A DNA stretch of 64,000 nt, taken from NCBI GenBank assembly GCA_963835065.1, contig CAWIEK010000008.1:11809-75808 (forward strand), written 5' to 3'. Positions 11,268-20,592 of this stretch are shown here, piece after piece. Position numbers and translations under genes: made by a program. Source of the DNA: an uncultured Chthonomonadaceae bacterium. GTDB taxonomy: Bacteria > Armatimonadota > Chthonomonadetes > Chthonomonadales > Chthonomonadaceae. Numbering within the stretch: the stretch's first letter is position 1; every line of letters begins with the position of its first letter. The notes under the pieces were generated by a model. The model made no database searches. It had not been told where the DNA came from and worked only from the letters and a program-made list of their open reading frames with translations.

Positions 11268-11477
11268 GTTTGCTCTCCATGCCCTTCGATTAGCTTCTGG
11301 TTCAACAAGTTCAACACGTTCCCTTCGAATTCAGTTCGCAAAGGTTGATTCTGCCTGCAAGGTCGCTTTTCCTGCTTAAAACTGCCGCGCCCGGCGAAAA
11401 CGTTGTCCGGGCGCAAGCGAAACCCTGGGCCAATGGCGCTGCGGACGCAAGAACTGCCGGCTTCTTAACGCCACAGT

Positions 11478-11640
11478 GTAACTTTTCACCACCAAGACAC
11501 CAAGAACACCAAGAGAAAACAGGCCACAATAGACACAGAATCGAAGTCGGTTTCGTTTTCTCCTGCAATTTCACAACGTTTCCCCTCCCGTTCTTCTCGT
11601 TTTGCTTGGTGTTCTTGGCGTCTTGGTGGTGAAAAGTTAC
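11478..11640. mobile_element. MITE-like element with 36-bp terminal inverted repeats built of CACCAAGA-type units
   Basis: TIRs 11478-11513 and 11605-11640 (1 mismatch); second copy at 49005-49146. Confidence 0.8.
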
Positions 11641-11667
11641 GCCGCAGTGTAGCAGCAACATGAAAAA

Positions 11668-11722
11668 GCCCCTCTCCCAGCGCGTTGCGCAGCCGGGAGA
11701 GGGGTTGGAATGAGGTAAAAAC
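11668..11722. repeat. CCCTCTCCC/GGGAGAGGG REP-like palindrome
   Basis: cccctctccc...gggagagggg stem next to PEP-CTERM gene stop. Confidence 0.7.
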
Positions 11723-12743
11723 TCACGCGGATTGTTGCCGTCGCTTGCGGCGAGCCAAGAACCCGGCTCCCACCGTCAAACTCGCCAGCAGGACACACGC
11801 CGATGGTTCGGGTACTGTGGAAAACTCGATGTACGTCGGGAAATCCAAGCCGCCGCTGCCCGCCGAGATGAAGTCGCCCAAATACTGGCGCGTGGTCGTA
11901 TCGTAGCGGCGTACCGTGTTCTCATTGGCAAAAGAGATGTACAGGTCGCCATCTGTGGGGGCAAATCGTATTCCCCAGGGGAAGAGGAAACCGCCGCCGG
12001 TGGGCAGCGTAGCAATGCGTTGAACTCTGCAGCCTGGGATCAATCGCCCAGGCGCCTACAATGTAGCCATCGGCATCATACACATTGAAGGGATCGGACG
12101 AATTCGCAGGCGCAGGGCCGATAGTCAATCCCGCAGGGGCAACGCTTAACCGCCCAAAATTCGAGTCACCGAGCAAATCGCCTGTCGCGGAAAAATGGCT
12201 TATTAAGGTCTCGCCGTAGCTGCTCACGTAGAGTGTGCCATCCGGGGCGAAAGCCATGCCGTAACTGTCATTGCTGATGTAGGGAAAGCGGGGGTTGACA
12301 AAGTTCTTGATAAACGCCCCTGTGTGGCCGTCGTACTCCTTGATAGCCGCAAATGTGCCGCCGCTGATGACATACAAATTCCCATCAGGGCCGAACGTCA
12401 GGTCCAATGGATTTTGCAATCCGCCCACACCTGCGGCCACAAAGTTGTCCACGAATGCGCCGGTCTTCACGTCGTACCGCTGAATCTCGTTGTTGTAGTA
12501 GCTGCCTACGTACAGCAGGCCGGTCTTGTCGGCGTACAGGCCGGTTGGCAATTCCAGGTCGTGCCCCGCTTCCAGGTTGCCCAGGTACTCGCCTGTACCG
12601 GCATTATAGCGTTTCACCTCATTCGTATTGTCGCTGTCCACGAACAGAATTTGCGCCCCTGCGGGTACGACAGCCAGCATTGCCAACCCGCAGCCGACTG
12701 CGCGGGCGAAAGAATGAACCAGAGAACGAACCATGAATGTCAT
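11723..12743 (-). CDS. PEP-CTERM sorted NHL/Vgb-like beta-propeller protein (frameshift near 12040)
   Basis: Signal peptide, DLTFGPDGNLY blades, C-terminal VPEPS-TM-RRKRR; RBS AGGAGG before 12743. Confidence 0.85.
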
Positions 12744-12861
12744 ATCCTGCCTCCTTACAAAAACATGCAAAATAGCGATGGTGGCCTTTGCGGACTAAAA
12801 GCCAGCAAGCCCCCGCTGGATTAACACCGCCGCAACGCATCATATCAGGAGGTCAGGCAGG

Positions 12862-13494
12862 TTATTTTGACATTATTTTGGTGATTTTTAAGGATTGAGA
12901 AGCGCAGGAACGCGGCAAAGCGGGGACAGGAGCGGAGCTGATTAGCTGCCGGGCTTCCGTCGCGCTCCAGCCCTGTGCCAGAAGCAGACGCGCGAGACGG
13001 CGGTGGATGTGGTAGATAGCCTGCGTCACGGCAGCCGGGGTGCGGCTTGTTCGCTCGGATAGTTGTACGAGGCTCTGCTGGCGCAGATGGTAGCCCAGGA
13101 ACAAATCGCGCTGTTCCGGGGTGAACTGGCGCAGGGTTACGAGTACCTGTTCCCACAACGCTTTGCGCAGCGTCAGGGTGCGGGGGCCGGCGTTTCTGGA
13201 GATTGGCTCACCGGAACGGGGAACGCATGTACCGGATTGTTCGCAGTAAGCGCGTTCGCGCTGCTGGCGGCGCAATAGGGAACGCAGATAGTTGGCGGCA
13301 TAGTTGTGGGCGCAGCGATGCAGCCAGGCCGCGCTGCCGGAAGGAGACGCGCCCTGTGGGTAGGAGTTAGTAACGCGCATCAGGTGCAGGCGGAAATCCG
13401 AGGCACAGTCCTGCGCGTCTTCGCGGGACAATCCCAGGCGACGCGCATACGCATACGCAAGGCGAATCGGGTCGGGGGCAGCAGAAATCGGCAT
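12862..13494 (-). CDS. Divergent ECF-type sigma-70 factor
   Basis: REDAQDC and AWLHRCAHNYAANYLR region 2; TPEQRDLF...TPAAVTQAIYHIHRRL region 4. Confidence 0.7.
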   Translation of the reverse strand: MPISAAPDPIRLAYAYARRLGLSREDAQDCASDFRLHLMRVTNSYPQGASPSGSAAWLHRCAHNYAANYLRSLLRRQQRERAYCEQSGTCVPRSGEPISRNAGPRTLTLRKALWEQVLVTLRQFTPEQRDLFLGYHLRQQSLVQLSERTSRTPAAVTQAIYHIHRRLARLLLAQGWSATEARQLISSAPVPALPRSCASQSLKITKIMSK

Positions 13495-13537
13495 GGATCG
13501 CGCTCCTTTACACATACAGGAACACCAGAAAATAAAG

Positions 13538-13582
13538 AATGGGCGTCAAGGCATGAGGACTTTCTCTGCTTTGACGCCCATT
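13538..13582. terminator. Stem-loop between PPC gene and sigma gene
   Basis: aatgggcgtcaaggca / tgctttgacgcccatt. Confidence 0.5.
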
Positions 13583-13694
13583 TATAAAAATCTGTTCCTG
13601 CGCAACACGAAAAAACTTACAATTTTTCCTGCAATTTTTCCTGGCGCTATTCGGGCGCGTCCTGCATAATACAGTTTCGCGTCGGCTTCATGGG

Positions 13695-15911
13695 TTATCT
13701 TTCCTGCGCGGCTTTTTCGTCCTCGTCGGCGCGGTCCGCTTTTTGTACCAGGGGGGTGGCGATGGCAAACTCATATTCGTCCACGTTAGCGATCACGATG
13801 GCATGAATGGGAGTCAACTTCAGGTCGCGCTTTAAGAACGGCTGCGTATTGTTGCCGTCCGGGCGCACGATCATGGTCAATTCGGTTTGGTTAGGGCCTG
13901 CCGTTTCCTGATTGGCGACCCAACCCGACGGCAGATTTTCGATCTGAATGGTGACATTGCCTTTGAAATCGCCACGTCGCTGTATTTTCACTTTCACTTC
14001 CACGCCCTTGCGCGGATGCGCCTTGATTGGCCCACTGTCGGCAAGCGTGACGCTGAACTCCGGCTGCCCGCGCACGACAACCAGACATTCGGAGCGGGTG
14101 AGATAGCGGGGATTGTTCTGGATGCGGTACGTTTCCTGTGGCACGGCGCGGGTTTTCACTTCGCCATTCGGCCCCTGCGCGGAAGCGTATAGTTCTATGG
14201 GCTGTTCGGACGGCGCGGCGTTTGCCTCCGCGTTCAAAATCACATAGCCGCGATTGCGGTCCGGCGGAATGATAGCCGGGCTGCACGTGACGCCGGGCGG
14301 CAGATTGGCGGCGGATATAGTGACATCTCCGGTAATGCCTTCCCGCCGCGCAAGCGTGATTTCAACGGGCGTGGACATGCCGGGGCGGATCGTCACGCTT
14401 GCCGGACGCGCCACGCACTCCAGCACGGCAGACGCGGGTCGCGCTTCCACGCAGTACACGTAACTGGTTCCCATGCTGTCGTCTTCGGGGTCCTGAATCT
14501 TTTCTTTGGGCGCTTCCACTTTCAGCGAATACACTTTGCCCGCTTCCAGATCGGCCACGAGCCTGCCGTCCACTTCCAGACGCCGCAGCCCGTCGTTGCG
14601 CCCCACGCCGCCCATGTTGGCAACCGCGCGGTTTTTGTCGTTCAGCAGGGTCACGCGCACCCGTGACGGCGAACCTAGCCGGGTCGAATACACGCTGAAT
14701 TCAAAGCGTCCCTTGCCCTGCACGTAAAACGATTGCGCGTCGCCGTCATTGGTCAGGCGTCCCGTAAACGCGGCGGGCAGGGTCGTGTTGGCGGAAGGTT
14801 TGGCGTCGGCGCGTATTACAGGATAGGTGGACACGTACACGGGCAGCGGCCCAACCGGGCTGCTCACGGTTGTGATACCGGAAAGGGCGGGCGTATCCAT
14901 GCTGAACGCGGTCTTTGCGCCTTCGAGGTTTTTGCCCACAACGGCTGCATACACATGCGAACTTGCGGGAACGGCGGGCGGATTGATGGCGGTATCATAC
15001 GCTACGCTGCCCATCGCCAGCCGGTACACGCTGCCCGGATTGCCCTTGCCCAAAAGATCCCGCGCTTCCAGCACATAGTCGCCGTTTTCCGGGCATGTCC
15101 AGTCAATCAAGGGGTCAAGGTCATAGTAGCCATGATTTTCAACCAACTGCTTACCCGCGCTGTCGTACAAGCGCAGATTGGGATTGAAAAACTCCTGCGA
15201 CAGTTCGTTGTAGCGATACGCTTTCATATTGAACACGTAGCGCTTGCCCTTTTGCGCCGCGAATTTGAGATAGTGCCGCTCGCCGTTGCCCGCCATATTG
15301 CCGTTGACCACGCAGGGCAGCGTGACCGATTGGGGCTGCTGCATGGTATTGTTGACGGCCAGCAGTTCGGGCAATTGTCCCACTTCAAACAGGCCGACTG
15401 TAGAAACGCCTTTGGGAGTCGCCACCCGTATCTCGCACAAGCCGGGCAGGGTATCGGGCGCGATTTTGATTTGCGCCGTGATTTTCCCCGCCCGCGCCAG
15501 AGCCGTCAGGTATTGCGTCACTTTGGCTGTTTCGTCCGCGGAAAGCGGAGCCTGCCGCACCTTCACCATGCGGTCTACCGTTGCCGCCCATTGCGCGGGC
15601 GTCAGGCTCCGGTTGGCAGGGGAGCGCAGTTCGTGGCACGACGCGCACTTGCTTTGCCAGATTGGTTTGAACGTTTCGTCCGCCTTGACGCCGCCGGGAT
15701 TGACGGTTCCGGTCACGCCCGCGCCCAACACGATCAGCTTGTCCGCTCCGGTCAGGCTTGACCCGCGTATCTCGACATCTACGGTTTCGCCCGCCTTGCC
15801 GCCAATCGGAAAGAACGTGTTGATGCGCGGCAACTGCGCCCCACACCAATGGGAAACAACCATGCCTGCGAGCAGGAAAGCCGACGTTATAAAATGTTTC
15901 GTGGTTTGCAT
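13695..15911 (-). CDS. Secreted PPC (pre-peptidase C-terminal)/Ig-like repeat protein with inserted c-type heme domain
   Basis: FPIGGKAGETVDVEIRG start, LTLPCVVNG-like segment, DPLIDWTCPENGDYVLEARD, YRLAMG; CASCH. Confidence 0.75.
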   Translation of the reverse strand: MQTTKHFITSAFLLAGMVVSHWCGAQLPRINTFFPIGGKAGETVDVEIRGSSLTGADKLIVLGAGVTGTVNPGGVKADETFKPIWQSKCASCHELRSPANRSLTPAQWAATVDRMVKVRQAPLSADETAKVTQYLTALARAGKITAQIKIAPDTLPGLCEIRVATPKGVSTVGLFEVGQLPELLAVNNTMQQPQSVTLPCVVNGNMAGNGERHYLKFAAQKGKRYVFNMKAYRYNELSQEFFNPNLRLYDSAGKQLVENHGYYDLDPLIDWTCPENGDYVLEARDLLGKGNPGSVYRLAMGSVAYDTAINPPAVPASSHVYAAVVGKNLEGAKTAFSMDTPALSGITTVSSPVGPLPVYVSTYPVIRADAKPSANTTLPAAFTGRLTNDGDAQSFYVQGKGRFEFSVYSTRLGSPSRVRVTLLNDKNRAVANMGGVGRNDGLRRLEVDGRLVADLEAGKVYSLKVEAPKEKIQDPEDDSMGTSYVYCVEARPASAVLECVARPASVTIRPGMSTPVEITLARREGITGDVTISAANLPPGVTCSPAIIPPDRNRGYVILNAEANAAPSEQPIELYASAQGPNGEVKTRAVPQETYRIQNNPRYLTRSECLVVVRGQPEFSVTLADSGPIKAHPRKGVEVKVKIQRRGDFKGNVTIQIENLPSGWVANQETAGPNQTELTMIVRPDGNNTQPFLKRDLKLTPIHAIVIANVDEYEFAIATPLVQKADRADEDEKAAQER

Positions 15912-15954
15912 AGTGGATAAAGTAGATACCAAGTCTGCGCTGTGAAAGCGGTGG

Positions 15955-16290
15955 TCAGGCTGCAGCCAACTCGGAGTATTGCCGCTCTTCCGGCGGGACC
16001 ATCCCCGGCAGGAGATGCTCGAAAAGGACGCCCGCCTGAAAAAAGTAGTGTTCGATATCAATGTCCGTCGCGTTTTCCTGAACCCATATCTTGCCGTCTA
16101 TGAGGTCGAAGTGCATCATGATGTTATGAACGCGCCGTTTCCCTTCCCACCCGACCGTGCAGAGTTGGTAATGCCCGCGCTCATCGTCAAACAGAAGTTC
16201 CGTGCGAACACTTTCGGTTGAAGGCACGTAGCCCGCTACTTCCTGAAGCAGTTCCTTGATTATGGTTCGGTAGCGTTCGGTTCGATCCAT
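15955..16290 (-). CDS. XisI family protein
   Basis: MDRTERYRTII, LLFDDERGHYQL, VGWEGKRRVH, DGKIWVQEN. Confidence 0.9.
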   Translation of the reverse strand: MDRTERYRTIIKELLQEVAGYVPSTESVRTELLFDDERGHYQLCTVGWEGKRRVHNIMMHFDLIDGKIWVQENATDIDIEHYFFQAGVLFEHLLPGMVPPEERQYSELAAA

Positions 16291-16694
16291 TGAACAATCG
16301 TCTCCTTGTCTGCATCATAGATGAGCCTGTATACGCCATAATGCCGCATCATATCGCCAATTTCGGTTTCCTGCTCAAATAGTTCCAATGTCTGTTTCGG
16401 CAATGCAAGCCAGACAACACGCTCCGGCTGCCGCTTCTGCACAAGATAACGATAGAAAAGGTACTGGCCCAACGCTCTTTGGATTGCGTAGATTGGCGAA
16501 AAAGCGTTGTACCCCTTGATCTCCACGGCAATCTTGCGCCCCTCTTTTTCCGCTGCCAGCGGTCTTTCCGCTCCCAAATCCACAAACACGGTTTGCTTGG
16601 TTAATTTGATGGAAAGCGGATCATCAGTCACAGTCCAGCCGTCTTTGAGGAGAGCGGCTTTTAATTTCTCGTGGAACAGGTCTTTTGCAGGCAT
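16260..16694 (-). CDS. XisH family protein (PD-(D/E)xK fold)
   Basis: MPAKDLFH..ALLKDGWTVTDDPL, VDLGAE, KIAVEIK, ALGQY. Confidence 0.9.
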   Translation of the reverse strand: MPAKDLFHEKLKAALLKDGWTVTDDPLSIKLTKQTVFVDLGAERPLAAEKEGRKIAVEIKGYNAFSPIYAIQRALGQYLFYRYLVQKRQPERVVWLALPKQTLELFEQETEIGDMMRHYGVYRLIYDADKETIVQWIEPNATEP

Positions 16695-16724
16695 AAGCGT
16701 ACCCTGATCAAATAGAATTTTCAT
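16695..16724 (-). pseudogene. 10-codon remnant of DUF5615 PIN-like toxin (MKILFDQGTL), in frame with xisH
   Basis: ATGA-coupled to DUF433 stop; MKILFDQGT is the typical start of DUF433 partner toxins. Confidence 0.55.
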
Positions 16725-16948
16725 GCCTGCGTCATTTGCGCCCAATGGGTCTGCTCATAATCCAGTAATGTTTTCACCTGGGCGCGTGTTACTCCGGGAA
16801 ACCATTCAAGAAATTCTTCCACCGAAGCGCCGTCTTTTAGATTTTCGAACAAGGCGGCAACAGGAACGCGCGTTCCCCGAAACACCCACGCGCCACTCAT
16901 CTTCATAGGGTTACACTCAACCACTTCCAAAAGGTCGCTATTTCGCAT
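16721..16948 (-). CDS. DUF433 antitoxin-like protein
   Basis: SGAWVFRGTRVPVAALFENLKDGASVEEFLEWFPGV. Confidence 0.9.
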   Translation of the reverse strand: MRNSDLLEVVECNPMKMSGAWVFRGTRVPVAALFENLKDGASVEEFLEWFPGVTRAQVKTLLDYEQTHWAQMTQA

Positions 16949-17117
16949 GACATTCACCCTCTTTGATAAAAGGAATGTTTTCCGCCGCCAGATACGCCAA
17001 CGCGGTTTCCGCTACAGTCATCTCTCCGCTTGCCCAACTCTTGAAAGAAAAACGGCCTGCCAGAAAGCTGAGCGCGCGACGCTTCAACTCCGCATCGGGA
17101 AAACTAATAAGTATCAT
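16938..17117 (-). CDS. Small hypothetical protein, 59 aa (below ORF-track cut-off)
   Basis: Hand translation MILISFPDAELKRRALSFLAGRFSFKSWASGEMTVAETALAYLAAENIPFIKEGECHAK; fills the gap and overlaps neighbours. Confidence 0.55.
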   Translation of the reverse strand: MILISFPDAELKRRALSFLAGRFSFKSWASGEMTVAETALAYLAAENIPFIKEGECHAK

Positions 17118-17184
17118 TACAATTGCTCCAACTCTTCGTTCGCCAGCGAAATAGCCTGTTTGGTAAAGTCAAGCACCGGCTTCA

Positions 17185-17394
17185 TCATGTCAGCACCATT
17201 GCCTTAAGCGTCGTTAAAATGGCGCGAGTCTCCCCCTTCAACTCCCGATTATCAGCTTTGAGGCGTTCAATTTCTTCCTGTTCGGCCTCAATATCGCTGC
17301 GCAGGCGCAGTATCTCAGCAAAATAGTCTTCCAGCGTCCGGGCTTCTTCGGCGGTGGTGGTCAGATTCGATTGCGCTATAAGGTTGTCTTGCAT
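17185..17394 (-). CDS. Small coiled-coil hypothetical protein
   Basis: RBS GAGGA; heptad-rich sequence; followed by a coupled 23-codon ORF (MMKPVLDFTKQAISLANEELEQL). Confidence 0.55.
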   Translation of the reverse strand: MQDNLIAQSNLTTTAEEARTLEDYFAEILRLRSDIEAEQEEIERLKADNRELKGETRAILTTLKAMVLT

Positions 17395-17479
17395 GATAAT
17401 ATCCTCTGCCTACAGTATATCACAGGTGATTGTGCCATGACATAGCCACATCTTTCTGCGTCGGCTTACTCCCGCTACC

Positions 17480-18703
17480 TTACTTGCTTTTCGCTGTTGA
17501 CTTCGCGCCTGCTTGCGCTTTTTTCACGATTGATGCAGCTTTGGGCGCGGGAGGCTTGGGCAGTTCGGGAGGAAGGAGGTTGTTGAGGAGTTTGTTGCCG
17601 TCTACGTCCCATACGTACAGGATGCCGTCACGCCCGCCGCCTGCTGCCGTTTTGCCATCCGGGCTGAGAGCGACCGCGTACATGGGCTGCGCCAGATTTT
17701 TAAATTCGCGGACACGCCCGCCGTCCGGGTTCCAGATGATCACGGATTTGTCCATGCCGCACGTCACAAAGCGCCTGCCGTCTGCGGAACCGCTCAGGGC
17801 GAATACGCCGCCATCGTGCGCCCCGACTGTGCGGAAATGGTAGCCGTTGTAGGTTTTCTTTTTGGTGTCGTAGCCGACGCCCCACCAGTACAATTTGCCG
17901 TCCAGGCTGCTGCCGACAAACTGGCTGTCATTGATAAACGCCAATCCCGTTACGCCGCCCTCGCTTTGATCGAAGTTGACGACCGTGTGGTTGGTCTTCA
18001 TGTCCCATACTTTGACGATGCGATCCAGTCCCGCCGTAATAAAAATGGTGTCGGGCTTGGGCGAAAACGCGACGGCCTGTACGCGCCCATTATGCTCGTC
18101 CAGCACAATGCCGTTCGCGTCCGGGAAAGACGAGAAATAGCGTACTTTGTTGTCGTCCGCGCCGCATAGCAAGGCCTTGCCGTCCTTGCGAAACGCCAGC
18201 GCCTCAATCACATCTTTTTGCGCCGGGTAAGCGCGGGGCTTGTCGGCAGAATTCATATCCCACGTCAGCGCCAATCCGTTGCGCCCCGACAGTCCGCAGC
18301 CAATCGCCAGCGTCAAGCCGTCCGGGCTGAACGCCAGTGACCGTACCGCGTCTTCCACCTGCCGCGTCAAACCAACCGGCTGCCACGTTTGGGTATCATA
18401 CACCACCACCTGCCCCTGCGTTCCCACCGCCAGTTTCTTCCCGTCCGGGCTGTACGCCAGCGCGGAAACCGCCGCAACCGGATGGTCAAGGACAATCGGC
18501 GCGGGGACAACAGGAACAGGAGCCGCCGCAACGGGGGGCGCGGCCTGCGCAGCGGCGGGAACGGAGTTCACCACAGAGGCACAGAGACACAGAGGGGTCA
18601 CAGAGAAGACAAGGAGACGGGGAGACAAGGAGAAGAGGAGAGAAGGAAGCCTCCTGAGCCGTAACCGGCCCTGAGTACCCTTCAAACTGCACCTCGCCTC
18701 CAT
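17480..18703 (-). CDS. Secreted WD40-repeat protein (start uncertain)
   Basis: Multiple ALAYSPDG/AFSPDG blades, VKVWD, LYVWD. Confidence 0.9.
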   Translation of the reverse strand: MEARCSLKGTQGRLRLRRLPSLLFSLSPRLLVFSVTPLCLCASVVNSVPAAAQAAPPVAAAPVPVVPAPIVLDHPVAAVSALAYSPDGKKLAVGTQGQVVVYDTQTWQPVGLTRQVEDAVRSLAFSPDGLTLAIGCGLSGRNGLALTWDMNSADKPRAYPAQKDVIEALAFRKDGKALLCGADDNKVRYFSSFPDANGIVLDEHNGRVQAVAFSPKPDTIFITAGLDRIVKVWDMKTNHTVVNFDQSEGGVTGLAFINDSQFVGSSLDGKLYWWGVGYDTKKKTYNGYHFRTVGAHDGGVFALSGSADGRRFVTCGMDKSVIIWNPDGGRVREFKNLAQPMYAVALSPDGKTAAGGGRDGILYVWDVDGNKLLNNLLPPELPKPPAPKAASIVKKAQAGAKSTAKSK

Positions 18704-18766
18704 ATCTCTCATTTCCCATCTTCTCATCTCTGTGACCCCTCTGTGTCTCTGTGCCTCTGTGGTGAA
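18567..18766. repeat. 200-bp hairpin element with perfect 40-bp inverted arms (CACAGAGR 8-mers)
   Basis: 18567-18606 is the exact reverse complement of 18727-18766. Confidence 0.92.
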
Positions 18767-18774
18767 ATCGTATT

Positions 18775-20122
18775 CTATCCTACAGCCTTGCGAATCGGGC
18801 TGCCGCCGCGCGCAAGGGTGATGCGGACGCCTTCCGGGGACGAGATGCTTTGCGTGTAGTCAATGCCCAGGCAGTGGTAAATGGTCGCCGCCAGGTCTTC
18901 GGGGCGGACGGGATCGGAAGCGGGTTCCATGCCCCGCGAATCGGATGCGCCCACAACCGTGCCGCCCTTCACGCCGCCGCCCGCCAGCACCATCGAGAAC
19001 ACGCGGGGGTAGTGGTCGCGCCCGCCGTCTTTATTGATGATCGGCGTTCGTCCGAACTCGCCCATCACGACAACGAGCGTCCGTTCCAATAGTCCGCGTG
19101 AAGCGAGGTCGGCGATAAACGTTCCGAAACCCTGATCGAACGTGGGCAGAACGCCGCCTTTGAGTTGGTTGAAAATTTGCGTGTGGTTGTCCCAGCCGCC
19201 GAGCGAGACGGTGGTGAACCGAACGCCCGCTTCCACCAGACGGCGCGACAGCAGCAGGCTTTGCCCGAAGTTGTTGCGTCCGTAAGCGTTGCGCAGGTCG
19301 TCCTTTTCCTGCTTCAGGTCGAACGCGGCGCGGGCTTCGGTTGAGGACAGCAGGGTATAGGCGCGATTATAAAAACTGTCTACCGCCCTTGCCGTGTCGC
19401 TGCCTTTTTCCTGCGCCTTGAACGCGCTGTCTACGGCTTCGCGCAGGGACTTGCGCCGATCCAGACGCTCCACGGACATATTGCCGGGCGCTTCCATATT
19501 CTGCACTTTGAAGTTGGGGTTGGCCGGGTCGGAGCCGGGATAAAACGGGTTCAGGGCCGCGCCCAGAAAGCCCGCGCCCTGCTCGCCCATCGGCTGCTGC
19601 AGGGAAATGTACGGCGGCAGGGCGCTGCGCGGGCCAAGCAGTTGCGACGCCACCGCGCCGTAACTCGGAACCGCGAAACCGGGCAGGGGCAGAAACCCGG
19701 TCAGCATGTAGTGCGTCCCGATTTCATGCGCTCCCGTCGGGCTGGTGACGCTACGAACGACGCAGATTTTATCGCCCACCTTCGCCGTTTTGGGCAGGTG
19801 TTCGGAAATCTGCATCCCGCTTGCGGACGTGTTGATAGGCTTGTAATCGCCCCGGATTTCGAGGGGCGCATCGGGCTTCAAGTCCCACGTATCCAGATGG
19901 CTCGGCCCGCCGCCAAGCCAGATCAACACGCACGAATCCGCCGTGCCCGAACCCTTCGGTAACGCCGGTTTGGTGGCGGGATTCGCCAGCGCAGCCTTGT
20001 TCGTCGCATCCGCCAGCGCGTAATACCGGGGCATGGTCAGGCCCAACATGCTCAACATGCCGACCTTCAGAAAAATCGCGCCGATGAAAGTTTTCGCAGT
20101 CGCTCAGCCAGTTGTCGCTCAT
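18775..20122 (-). CDS. DUF1501 family protein with Tat signal (frameshift at A-run near 20072)
   Basis: RRDF(L) after correction; WLGGGPSHLDTWDLKP, RRLVEAGVRF, GWDNH, GEFGRTP, GRDHY. Confidence 0.92.
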
Positions 20123-20133
20123 GGAAGCCTCCA

Positions 20134-20591
20134 GAAGTAGTCAGTAGTCAGTAGTCAGTAGTCAGTAGATTCGGGTTGCGCGCTTGTTTCCAGCATTGCC
20201 CGCATGTAAGCGTTCAACATTCTGCTGATTTCTGTGACAGACTGCATAAGTTCGTTTGTATCGCCGTAGTTCAAGTCTCTGGAAAGGATTAGATAGTAAC
20301 GACATTCTTCCAGAGACGCTTGCGCGATGTTGTAAAACCGCGCTTTTTCTGTCTTGCTTTGTCGTCTATAGCCTTCTGCAATGTTTGCCGGAACCGAAAC
20401 CGCAGCCCGTCTCAATTGCGAAGTTAAGCCATATAGTTCATGCTTTGGAAACTGAACCGTCAGTTGATAAATTGCCAGTACCCACCGATGCGCCTTCTGC
20501 CAAACCGCCAAGTCCTCAAAAGTCTTCGTCATAGCGCCTCTCCCACAGGTCACAATCTACTGACTACTGACTACTGTCTTCTGACTACTTC
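20134..20591. mobile_element. Cassette: four-helix-bundle gene enclosed by 38-bp inverted (GTAGTCA)n arms
   Basis: Arms 20134-20171 and 20554-20591, 36/38 complementary. Confidence 0.8.
20155..20532 (-). CDS. Four helix bundle protein (23S rRNA IVS-protein family)
   Basis: FEDLAVWQKAH, FPKHELYGLTSQLRRAAVSVPANIAEG, ASLEECRYYLILSRDL. Confidence 0.95.
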   Translation of the reverse strand: MTKTFEDLAVWQKAHRWVLAIYQLTVQFPKHELYGLTSQLRRAAVSVPANIAEGYRRQSKTEKARFYNIAQASLEECRYYLILSRDLNYGDTNELMQSVTEISRMLNAYMRAMLETSAQPESTDY

Positions 20592-20592
20592 C

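Noticed and set aside
11311..11661. ORFs 11311-11661 and 48872-49252 sharing HHQDAKNTK
   Set aside because: The similarity comes from the MITE arms, not from a protein family.
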